A DNA stretch of 63,655 bases, the filler included, from Aduncisulcus paluster (taxonomy: Eukaryota): assembly GCA_024181965.1 (NCBI GenBank). It is 5 parts of 5 records of this genome, joined end to end, with 100 filler letters (N's around TTAATTAATTAA, not from the genome) between each part and the next. Parts side by side here need not be neighbours in the genome. Positions count along the whole stretch, not along the records: positions 27,204 to 41,370 come from BQXS01011661.1; positions 41,471 to 54,755 come from BQXS01011662.1; 3 more parts are not named here. One strand, written 5' to 3'. Shown here one piece after another: positions 38,195 to 48,401 of the stretch. A program made the translations under genes and the position numbers. Each line of letters begins with the position of its first letter. Position 1 is the first letter of the stretch. The notes beneath the pieces were generated by a model that made no database searches, was not told the origin of the DNA, and worked only from the letters and a program-made list of their open reading frames with translations.

Positions 38195-39716
38195 AGCTTG
38201 CAGTTTATGGATATATATCATATATATATTTCTTGGATCTCACGGATTAGTTTCTCAACTTCTATCTATTTTTGGCACACGTCCGTCCTTTATATTGGTG
38301 TTGGCGTAAAATCTTAATTTAATCTCATTGAACAGAGATTAGTCCAAGAATCCCTATAATTATTGTATAATTCCATCAATAAGTAAGTAATACTTTCTAA
38401 GTATAGTAGCAAGTTAGAGACTCTCGTCAAAGTGGTTTCTTCCATCACATTTCATGCTTGATGAACAAATTAATAATTAATAATTAATAATTAATAAAGC
38501 CAGAGACGTCTGAGAGTAAATTATGTTCCTTTGAGAATTATGATCAAAAAGCATGGAGGAAAGCAATGAAAGGTATCAAGAAAGAAAGAGATAAGTATTT
38601 TGAAATTATTTTGAAAGAGGAATCCATTGTCAACTTGTATTATGATATTATTTAGGACTGAGACATCAATAAAATTGAATCATAGGTTCTTGATATCTTC
38701 AATACAATTAGATATTGTATTACATAAGAGATATGTCAAAATATAATACTTCTGAGAGATGGGATACGGCAATGCCTCGAGTATCTGGTATTAACGGGTA
38801 TACCTTTGACATGGAACCCATGAATTTTGGCCAATTGGCCACTTTCCTTAGTTAACACCCCTGTTTACAACATTTTAATTCAGTATTATGAAAGGAAACC
38901 AATATCAATTCATAAGAGAAGAAATCACAATAAAAAATGTATAGTCTAAGATAAATAATACGAATCCAAGAATTGAACAATGCCAATATATTTACCACTA
39001 GTACATGAAGGTGGCGAGCACGGCTGTTGGCAACACCAAGTCAAAATCAACGGATTTCAATTCCAGGCCTTGTAAACTCAGCCTTATCTAGCCCTTATAG
39101 AAGGTTTAAATCCAATAAGACAGTGAAATAGGTTTGAGTGCTTCCAACTAACGCAGTTTTTCATTTTTTTTAATTTTACACTGCTGCTATCAAGATAGGA
39201 AGAAAATCACTACTAAAAACATTATTTTGTTATATTATTTCGTCAAATAGCATTTTATTTCAGAATATGAAGGTGATAAGAAGAAACATGTCAGGATATC
39301 AGCCACAAANNNNNNNNNNNNNNNNNNNNTAAACTCAGCCTTATCTAGCCCTTATAGAAGGTTTAAATCCAATAAGACAGTGAAATAGGTTTGAGTGCTT
39401 CCAACTAACGCAGTTTTTCATTTTTTTTAATTTTACACTGCTGCTATCAAGATAGGAAGAAAATCACTACTAAAAACATTATTTTGTTATATTATTTCGT
39501 CAAATAGCATTTTATTTCAGAATATGAAGGTGATAAGAAGAAACATGTCAGGATATCAGCCACAAAATAAAAATATCATACATTTCAAACGAAAAAAGAA
39601 TTAGAAAAAAATACTAGGATAAAAATAATAAGATGAATGATAAGGAATAGTTCAACAATCAAGACTTAAATATAGATTAACATAAAAATAACTAGAAATA
39701 AATATAAACTACCATA

Positions 39717-40679
39717 TCAGATCAAAGAAAGCTTCTCTTCATCTTTATCTTTCTGTTTTGAGACAAAAACCATTGAATCAAGCACACAGAGAGCATCCAT
39801 CAGGAAATCACTCACAAGCATAGAAATATCATGTGAAGGATCGTACGGAGGATCATCATTTTGGTCAGAATTATTATTTATATTTGCTACAATCGTCAAA
39901 ATAGAGTTTGAAAATGATATAAGAATGTTTACAAAAGCCATAGCAAACAGTTTGTAGACGAGATTCTTCTGTTGTTTTGTAGCCATTTCAAAACCCTCTT
40001 TTTCAATCTGTTTGGTATCTTTACACTGTTTTATGGCAATATATACGAGATACACAAAGATAGCAATCGATAAAATAGATTGAATTCCTGTTCCAACGAT
40101 TACTCGACAAATAATAAAAAATCCAGCAGAATTTTCCATATCATAATTACTATTTTGATTTAAACCATATACAATATCATAGATTAGATATATTCCAACT
40201 GAAAGAAAACAAGAAACGACGACAATAACAAAAGCTACATGAAGAAAATTCTCTTTCCAAGATCTTCTCTCCTTCCGAATAGAAATATAAGCTGAAAAGG
40301 AATTCATCGACAATGTAAGCAAAAATAAAAAGATAAAACAATCAAAAACATCAGCAATAGAAACTAAAAACGTGTAGATGGAAGAAAGGATTAGAGTTCC
40401 ATGAAATCCATCTTCCAGCTCGTATTGACGTAAAATTTGATAAGCTTTAACAAAACGGAGGACAAATGTCATTCCAACACTCCCAAAAAGACTAATATAG
40501 AAATATACCATGTGTTTTTCCACGGTCGCTCGTTTCGTTTCGTGGGCTACAAGTGAGGAATCCATTTGTTTCCATGATCTTCTTGCAAAAATAAAGAAAA
40601 TTATTTCAATTACTAGGGCAATTATAGCAATTATTGCAGCTATTATGTAGAAGAAAAAAGATTGAAGATATACGGCCAT
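39717..40679 (-). CDS. Seven-transmembrane (GPCR-like) membrane protein
   Basis: 320 aa with about seven evenly spaced hydrophobic helices, a basic loop between TM5 and TM6, and a short C-terminal tail. Confidence 0.7.
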   Translation of the reverse strand: MAVYLQSFFFYIIAAIIAIIALVIEIIFFIFARRSWKQMDSSLVAHETKRATVEKHMVYFYISLFGSVGMTFVLRFVKAYQILRQYELEDGFHGTLILSSIYTFLVSIADVFDCFIFLFLLTLSMNSFSAYISIRKERRSWKENFLHVAFVIVVVSCFLSVGIYLIYDIVYGLNQNSNYDMENSAGFFIICRVIVGTGIQSILSIAIFVYLVYIAIKQCKDTKQIEKEGFEMATKQQKNLVYKLFAMAFVNILISFSNSILTIVANINNNSDQNDDPPYDPSHDISMLVSDFLMDALCVLDSMVFVSKQKDKDEEKLSLI

Positions 40680-41120
40680 TGTTTAAAATTATTATATAAT
40701 TATATTAATAATCTAATAAAATACTCTTTGAATAAATTATATTCAATACCAAAAAAAATCTTCTCGGTCCAAAAGAGCATGTTATCCGTAATCATTAATT
40801 ATGGAGCGACTTCGGTTAAAATTGTCGGAGCCAATGAATGGACTATTGAATGGAACCTCCAAACGACATCATTAATACGAAATAAAAATGAGATAAAAAT
40901 GATGAAATAAAAATAAAAATGTATCTTATGGAAAGGGATGTAATAAATATATTACAATATCCAATCAGATCCAACAATAGGATATGGACAGCAATAATGG
41001 AAGAAGAATGTATGTATCATAGCTAAATTATTAATTTAAGTGTATTATAAATCAAAATTTACTAATTTTAATCCATATTATCGAACAATTGACAAAGTCG
41101 TAAGTGATGCCATTGAAAAA

Positions 41121-41370
41121 ATGGTAAGGAGGCATACTCCACAGAAAATGAGGATTAAGGTGGTATATTTAGTATTATTTCTGCACGTTTCGACCGAAGA
41201 AATTGCAAAAGCGATCCATGTGGCTGAAAGATCCGTCGAAAGATGGGTTGCAAATTGGAAAAAAGGGCAATTAGAGGAGGAACAGGGTACAAGAAGAAGA
41301 GTTCGGACAATAACGGACGAAATCTCAAGGTCAATCAAAGGAAAGGTGGAGGCTGAGCCAGGGATAATGT
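41121..41370 (+). mobile_element. IS630/Tc1/mariner-type transposase, N-terminal HTH region, cut by the scaffold end
   Basis: MVRRHTPQKMRIKVV...STEEIAKAIHVAERSVERWVANWK...RRVRTIT...VEAEPG fits the paired-HTH layout of ITm transposases. The catalytic domain is not visible. Confidence 0.7.
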
Positions 41371-41470
41371 NNNNNNNNNNNNNNNNNNNNNNNNNNNNNN
41401 NNNNNNNNNNNNNNTTAATTAATTAANNNNNNNNNNNNNNNNNNNNNNNNNNNNNNNNNNNNNNNNNNNN
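41371..41470. other. Artificial scaffold linker
   Basis: N44-TTAATTAATTAA-N44. Confidence 0.98.
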
Positions 41471-41725
41471 GTTTGAACTGTAGCTGGCATTTGTTCAATA
41501 ATATTATTGTTAGCTGTTCTACAGAATTTATGCTTGGAGCAAATTTACTATTTTGAAATAAAATATAAATTCCCAGTTTTTGGATTTGAAACCAAACCGG
41601 AACCAAAAAATAAAACATTCTTAATCCTTTAATATAATAAGATGATAACTTCAAAATAATAAATAATAATGATAGTTTCTGTCAATAATAAATAAACAAC
41701 ATTGTAATACCATCATACTAACAAT

Positions 41726-43831
41726 GGAGTACTCGTTTATTTGGATGACATCATAGTATATGCCAAGGACAAAGACCAGTTTCTCGCTCGCTTGAGGGAG
41801 GTATTCAATCGCCTCAATGCTTTTGGTTTAACGCTGAACAAGGAGAAGTGCACCTTGGGTTGTTCTAAGGTGGATTATTTGGGTTGGGAAATCAGTGAAC
41901 ATGGTCAAAGGATCTCAGAATCGCGTTTGCAGGGTATTAAGGACCTTGAGAGAGCTCATTCAAGAAAAGATGTCCAAGTTTTGTTAGGTTTCTTGAACTA
42001 TCTGCGAGGTTTTGTCCCACATTATTCGTCCCTTATGGAGCCAATTATTCGGTTATTGAACAAGTCAACTGTTTTCGCTTGGGGAACGGAGCAAGACAGA
42101 GCATTAGAAGCTGTCAAGGAACATTTGCTGGATGGAAAGTGCCTGGCCCCAATTAAAGACGAAGGTGAGTTGATCTTATACACTGATGCTTCCTCAATAG
42201 CCGTTGGTGGTGTACTGATGCAAGTTCAAGAAGGCATTGAAGCTCCGATTTGTTTCCTGTCAAAGAAACTCACAGAAGTGCAGCAAAGGTGGACTGTTGG
42301 GGAACAGGAAGCTTGGGGTGTGGTTTATTCTGTTTTACAATGTGCGTCTTATCTCCGAGGTCGGCATTTTACTTTGAAAACAGATCACCGAAACTTAGTA
42401 TATGTGCAGAAAACCCCCAATGCCAAAACAACTCGTTGGAGACTACGTCTCGAGGAATTCGATTTCGATATCCAGCACATTCCCGGAACTAGTAATATCC
42501 TCGCCGATGCTCTTTCTCGTTTGAAGTCTCCTGAGGAAGCAGTAAGCCTCAAGTCTCTATCAGAACTACAGCCAGCCAAACGCCTGATGGTCCGGTTACT
42601 CAAGTCACAAGAGTATCACATGACCTCAGCTGAGACATCTTCTCTGATACAGCGTGAAGATGGAATTTGGACCAACAAGGATGGCCTCGCTGTTGTTCCA
42701 AAGAAGGATATATCGATCAAAGAGATGTTATTGAAATATGCTCATGGGAAGACCCATGCCCATCTTGGAGAAGAAGCGACCAGAAGCATCATCATTGGTA
42801 TGGGAATCACCTGGGTAGGAATTCATAGTGAAGTGCATAGACATGTCCAGGAGTGCTTAGTTTGTCAGAAGTTGCGTCTTCGTCACCAAGGGGTCCAATA
42901 CTCTCGTTCAACTGCTACCTCCTTGCCGTTTGAAACTATTGCCATTGATTCTTTGGGCCCTCTCCCTGAAACAAAAAGTGGAAACAAGTACATTGTTGTG
43001 TGCATTGATTGTTTTTCTCGTTATGCGACGTTGACTGCCACAAACTCAACTTCTGCCGCTGAAGCCGCTTCTTCCTTGTTAAACTCAATTTGCTTTGTTT
43101 TTGGAACACCGAAATACATCCGTTCAGATAGGGGTCCTCAATATCACAACGCTCTGATTGAAACTTTATGTGCCTCTCTTGGTATTAAACATCACGAAGT
43201 ATTGCCTCACAATCCCGCTGCAAATGGAATCGTCGAGAGGGCAAACAGGGAAGTTATGAAGATGATGAAGGGTTTCTGGTTAGAAGGTGCAGAATTGGAG
43301 GAGTGGGATATGTTACTACCCAAGGTTCAGTTTATTTTCAATAATCAAAAGCATCACTCTTTGGGTTTTACCCCTCATCAACTGATTTATGGAGCAGGAA
43401 TATTAGCCTCTCGAACTAATGTGTGTATTGACCCTGGAGTAACAATCGAATCTTTTTCTGCGGATGCACGAGCCAAAGCCAAAGACTATGTACGGGAGTT
43501 ATCGGATGACCTGGAAGCGTTGCAGTCCAGAGCTCGTGAAACTCAGAGACGACTCACTCAGGACACGTCAGATGAAAGCCTAGATGAAACTGCTCTTCCT
43601 CTTGGCAGTTATGTCTGGGTGATTCCTGTTGTCCAACACAAGAAGAAAACTTCTTTCCAACTGCTTGGCCCTAGGAAAGTGGTTGGTCGTCCCTCCGCGG
43701 TTGTATATGAGGTAGAAGACCTCTCTACAAAACAAAAGTGCTCTCTCCCCTTACATCGGCTGCGTCCAGTCAAAGGAACTGTCACAGAAGCTGAAGCATT
43801 ACGTTTAGCAGCACGAGATGATCATGAATAT
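41726..43831 (+). mobile_element. pol: Ty3/Gypsy LTR-retrotransposon pol (RT C-half, RNase H, integrase), truncated at both ends
   Basis: VYLDDIIVY, YLGWEIS, LYTDASSIAVGGVL, LKTDHRNL, HIPGTSNILADALSR, HHCC finger (H..H..CLVCQK), integrase core IAIDSLGP..IDCFSRY..RSDRGPQY..NGIVERAN, and a GPY/F-like module. Confidence 0.95.
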
Positions 43832-43906
43832 GTAAGTGTCTCAATAGAATCTTCTATCATCGCAGCCTGGCCTGTCCCTTGGTCTGTGTTAATCATCCTC
43901 TGGTCC

Positions 43907-44087
43907 AAAAATTGTGGAGAGGGGATTAGATCTCCCCTCCACAAAGTATTGTCCTATTTACCAGAGAATATTTCACTCAGACTAGGGCGCGTCGCGGGGT
44001 ATAGTCCCGGGAGTGGACCCGGGGAGTCCAGGGTTTGAACCCCAGACCGGCCATGCTGCAAAGCACCTACCGTTGAGCTACGTGCTT
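43907..44087 (-). ncRNA. Putative RNA polymerase III transcript/SINE head with tRNA-like A and B boxes (not a tRNA)
   Basis: A box TAGCTCAACGG (44080-44070), B box GGTTCAAACCC (44041-44031), GC-rich hairpins, and an ending at TTTTT (43911-43907). No acceptor stem or anticodon arm. Confidence 0.62.
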
Positions 44088-44276
44088 ATAATATTGTTAT
44101 TTTGAATTTTCCATTTTTAAACATGTTTTGGAAAGTTTCGATTTTTCATCGAATTCTTTCATCAAAATTGACTTTTATTGACTTTTAATATTTTTGTTAC
44201 TTATGATTTATATGGTATAAATTTTTCTAAAATTTTCTTGTTAACCCCTGTTTGGTTCCGTGAGAACTTGCCCACT

Positions 44277-45000
44277 GGAAGGGGAAGTGTGTAATGCAAT
44301 TATTTACATTATATTTCAGTATTTTATTTTTTCTTATTATTATTTCTTTATTTCCTTTATTTATATTTTATATTAATGATCTTCGCTGGGTGATGTTGCC
44401 TTCATCAATTAATACCTATTTTTAGTTCTTCTTTAATGTTTCAAGAGTAAATTTGCTGCAAGCCAAAGTTTTATTGTTTGTTTCACCACAAAGCTTGCAC
44501 GTGATATATCCCTTCTACAGAAGGGGGACCGAATGAAAATTGGTCAGAATACACTATACATAGTAGGGTATTTACTCAGAATTATAGGCCATGGAAAGCA
44601 AGTTGATTTAAATCTTGCAATACATAAACACACTTATCCATGTCCATGGTGCAAGGCAGAAGACCTTTTCTCGATCAGGTCACGAGTCGTCTTGGTCCCA
44701 GTTCGTTGCTGAATTCCAGCATTATCTTTCTCTCGGGGGCACGCATTCCTTGAAGTTGAGAACCTCTTTTCGTCTTCATCGAAGATTGTACGATTAACTC
44801 CGAATTATCCACAGACCTCTCCTCTAAGCATGGATTCGGTTTTGAAGTTCTCTCTGTGGTGATCTGATCCTATCAGAAACCAGCTAGAGATGAGATTCTC
44901 AAGCGATATATTTAAAGAACGTTCGATGTTTATTCACCTTCAATAAATTGCTTACCGCAACACTAAGACGAAATGATCTCCAGGAATGAGGACTCTTAAC
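44277..45000 (+). mobile_element. Possible polypurine tract/LTR start followed by a decayed gag-like remnant
   Basis: GGAAGGGGAAG directly followed by TGTGTAA. Downstream stop-interrupted frame MESKLI*...WSQFVAEFQHYLSLGG is gag-like by my recollection only. No second LTR is available to confirm. Confidence 0.35.
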
Positions 45001-45659
45001 CAAAGTTTTAAACGTAGAAAACAAGTTCAAAGTATGATATTTCCGAACACCACTCTGACATTTCGATGGCTTTACTGGTCATGTTACCAGTTCCCACCTT
45101 ATCTTGATAATCTTCGAGGATTTTTGTAGTGTATTTCAGGATCGATGAATTCGACTATCATGAGAGGAAGTCTAGAGATGAGTTCGACTGTCAAGAGGAA
45201 AGCATGTTGACATACTCGTGCCAGAGAGTGAACTTTTGAACTAACAATTAATTATGTGATATTATGAAGATAATGTGTTCCTTATAATTGCTATAATATT
45301 ATTATGATGTTTTATTTTATTTAAGAGCTGGTTTGAATGCTCTGGAGTACCTCTTTGTGAAAAGCCCGGCCGGTTTAGAATTTTTCGAGATATAACAGAG
45401 TATTTTTCATGCATTAATGTGAATGAAGCTGAGATTTCTTACCTTTTTTTATCATTTTTTTCGATTGATTCTACTTCATCCATTTCTTTATATGGCAAAA
45501 TTTCCAATTTACAAAAAACAATTTATCGACTATTTTTAGACGTGAATTCTAATTTTTTTTATTCCATTCCTAGCTCCAAAGATGCTAGTTCTATTTGTTT
45601 TTCTTCTAGTAACAATTTGTTTTCTTGTCAAAATCCCCAAAAAAGTCAGTAAAGAAAAC

Positions 45660-45764
45660 TACAGTATCTATGTAGACACGATAGGACCATTTGCAGAAAC
45701 AAGAAATGGTAATAATTACTGTTTATCAATTATCGATTGTTTTACTAGGTATATCGTTTTGATT
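45660..45764 (+). mobile_element. Short retroviral-type integrase fragment
   Basis: IYVDTIGPFAETRNGNNYCLSIIDCFTRY aligns by eye with IAIDSLGPLPETKSGNKYIVVCIDCFSRY of the pol at ~42940. Confidence 0.85.
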
Positions 45765-47060
45765 CTCAAAAAGAGATCTGGAATCTCAAAGTCTGCATAT
45801 GACTCCCTGAGAAATACATTAACTGAAGAGTATGGCCTCTCTCCGGCAACTCCCGATTCATCTCAACTCGCAGCTGCGAGAGAGAAATCATTTCCTGTGC
45901 TGCCGATGTGTTGGAGAAAGTATGACTACAATTCAATCAGTAGTTACATTAGATTCATTGCCGATGATCTTTTGGATCTACCATAGTCTTGTGAAAGAGA
46001 TAAGGAGATAGTCTCCCAGTTCTGCCTAATGCGCCCCAACGACAAAATAGTTTCAGTGATAATTAGTATGGATGGATTTCAGGTTACTGGGATGTCCGGA
46101 AGGAGTCTACAAGATTTTTATGCCACGGTACAGCCCAGTTATCGGAATATATCAATGATATTATCGATATATGAAGAATCAGAAGAGGAAAGGGTTATGA
46201 AGGACGTGGAGAAGGATATTCAACCCCTTGGTTCTGGTGCGTTTGCACACCATTATACAACATTCGGAGATATTTTTTGTGTTGAAACTGACATGAAACA
46301 GAAGAATCGCAATGCTGGAATCAAAGGGGTTACATCGAACCATCCATGTTGCTGTGCAAATGGTCACCAAAACCTTCACTTTCCAAACCTTTCAATCAGC
46401 GCACTAAGAGTAATTCCATAGGTGAGTTTTGCAAGATAAAGGAAGGAATTATTGATATCCCAGGAAGCTCTTTTGATATTTTTACGATGAAACCATTTGA
46501 TGTTCTCCATACTGAGCATAAACGACAGAGTCATCGGGTACGGGTTTGGATTGAAGACTATCTGTCAAAGAAGCTAACTCAGAGTGCCATTAGAGCTTTG
46601 ACACCAATTCTGCAGCGTCAATGTGCTATATTATAGGTTTGATTAAACCAATTCAGTATCATGATAGTTTTAGAGGATGTGATTCGAAAATAGTTTTATA
46701 TTATTTGCCGTTACAGTTCTTTGGGCTGTGTGAGAAACATCGCATGATCGATCTTTGGAAGATTATCGTTCAATCGTGTATTGTGACACATGCTTTATGT
46801 TTACCTTCAACAACAAGGGAGGAGATGTTGGAAGCTCAAGAATGTGTCGTGAAAAGGAATGACTATTTCAGAGAGAATCGTACATTCGATTTTCCTCTAA
46901 TGCACGGACTGGAGGCCCACATGGTGTATCAATATGATCCCAAGAAATGCAATTGCAATAGGATATTGCGATGCTATTGAAGCCAACGTCTTGTTGATTC
47001 ATTGATTCCGCTCACAAAGGAGGTGTTTTTGAGAATGGTATATCTCTGTAGAGGATATAC
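45765..47060 (+). pseudogene. Decayed DDE DNA transposase, Transib/RAG1- or CMC (Chapaev/CACTA)-like
   Basis: Motifs in order across a stop and frameshifts: ISMDG, TDMK...GIKGVTSNHPCC.CKW, PFDVLH, FRGCD, PLMHGLEAH. Confidence 0.6.
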
Positions 47061-47544
47061 TGCTACTTTCGTATGGAATACTATTCCAACCTAGTAGGTT
47101 ATTTTGTTCTCGTTTCAAAGATCTCCATTATGAAGAAGATTATATTAAAAGCACACAGACGTTCAAGGGTATTTCCGATATCATTAAAGAGCAGAACAAG
47201 GACATTAAAAAGAGCACCAAAAAGATCATTGAACAGGAAAAGGGTATGGGAAGTACATACCGTATTAAATCCCCACGCATTAATCACGAGCTCATTCCAT
47301 ACGGAGTAATCACTGAGCTTTTTAAATGGATCGTGCCGATCGAATAAATAATTTTAATGATGCGTCGCATATATATATATATATATATATACATATATCA
47401 ATTTTAATACCATAACCATTATATATCCTTATCGCCCTTAAAATCATTTCCATTCCCATCTTCCTTATTCACGAATAATGATATCTATTTATATATCCCA
47501 TGGTAATTACATATTTTGTACTTTTTGTAGCAGCGACATATAAA

Positions 47545-47955
47545 ATGGCAAAAAGACTTCAAAGAAAAAGAAGGAATACCAGACGTAGGACCCTCGCAAA
47601 GCCATCTAAAAGAATGAAAAGCTCAGCTGGTAAACGCCGTACATTGAAACGAAGACTTGAAAGGCGTGTTACATTTGATCCTGATCTTGAACGTAGTTTT
47701 GAACATTGACCCTTTTCTTCTACCGTGCCCGAACACCTTTCTGATAGAATTCGTCCAATCGATATGCGCCCATTCCCCGATCGTGATATTGAAACTGATA
47801 CCTATTCATTTAAAAGCCATTTGCCCGATGGTTTCAATGGAAATAAAAATAAATCATTTTGGGCATCAGAAGAGAGGGATATACGACTTTTTGAACATTC
47901 AGCATATTTAACCAGTTTATCTTTCCTTCGAGCGGCATATTCCGGTGGCAAATAG
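47545..47955 (+). pseudogene. Arg/Lys-rich ORF interrupted by one in-frame TGA (47707-47709)
   Basis: ORFs 47500-47709 and 47725-47955 are in the same frame. MAKRLQRKRRNTRRR... with an RVTF motif; ATG preceded by ATATAAA. Confidence 0.45.
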
Positions 47956-48401
47956 TTTGGTTGTAATCTACGTCTATTATGATAGAAAGAAAGGTCAGAA
48001 TCACGAAGGGTATAGCCATATTCATTGATTCCGCATACAGAGTCTAATTCACCATTTTTACGTTGCCATCCAATCCTCCAATGAGGTTGAAAACCACGTT
48101 CCCTTTCAAGAGCTGATTGAATACCACTAATTCCACCCCCTGTCGATGGTAAATCCTCTTTCGATGGATAAAAGGGATAAGCTTCAAAATACCAGGTTCC
48201 CTCGTAACATCCATGGGTAACTCGTGATGATTTATATGCTTGAAGAGTACTAAATGCTTTGTCTTGCCGAGAAGATAGCTTGATTGAAGGGTCTTTACAT
48301 ACATACGAAAATACAACATTTCCTTCATTTCCCCTCTGTACTTCAACAGCATTATTGGTCTTACTACCTGATTTATCTCTTTTTGAGATCTTTTTTGCCA
48401 T
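47802..48401 (-). pseudogene. ASH2L/Bre2-like SPRY domain, N-terminal half only
   Basis: YKSSRVTHGCYEGTWYFE, PHWRIGW..NGELDSVCGINEYGYTLRD..FYH match the ASH2 SPRY N-half. The later GDVIG, FYKNG and YPAIS motifs are missing. Confidence 0.7.

Noticed and set aside
38200..39700. Long intergenic region with scattered GC-richer patches
   Set aside because: No ORF, RNA motif or repeat boundary that I could support; possibly very old transposon debris.
43985..43989. Telomerase RNA (CCCTA template) or hammerhead/HDV ribozyme interpretation of the Pol III-type element
   Set aside because: Only one CCCTA unit rather than ~1.5 repeats; CTGAGTGA does not fit the hammerhead core; I could not build an HDV double pseudoknot.
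43832..44038. C-terminal 68 aa of the 765-aa pol ORF as real protein, and GTAAGT at 43832 as an intron donor
   Set aside because: This is read-through into the antisense inserted element. I found no downstream chromodomain exon.
44020..44087. tRNA-Cys/Ala gene
   Set aside because: A and B boxes are present, but no acceptor stem or valid anticodon arm can be built. Kept as a Pol III-type element instead.
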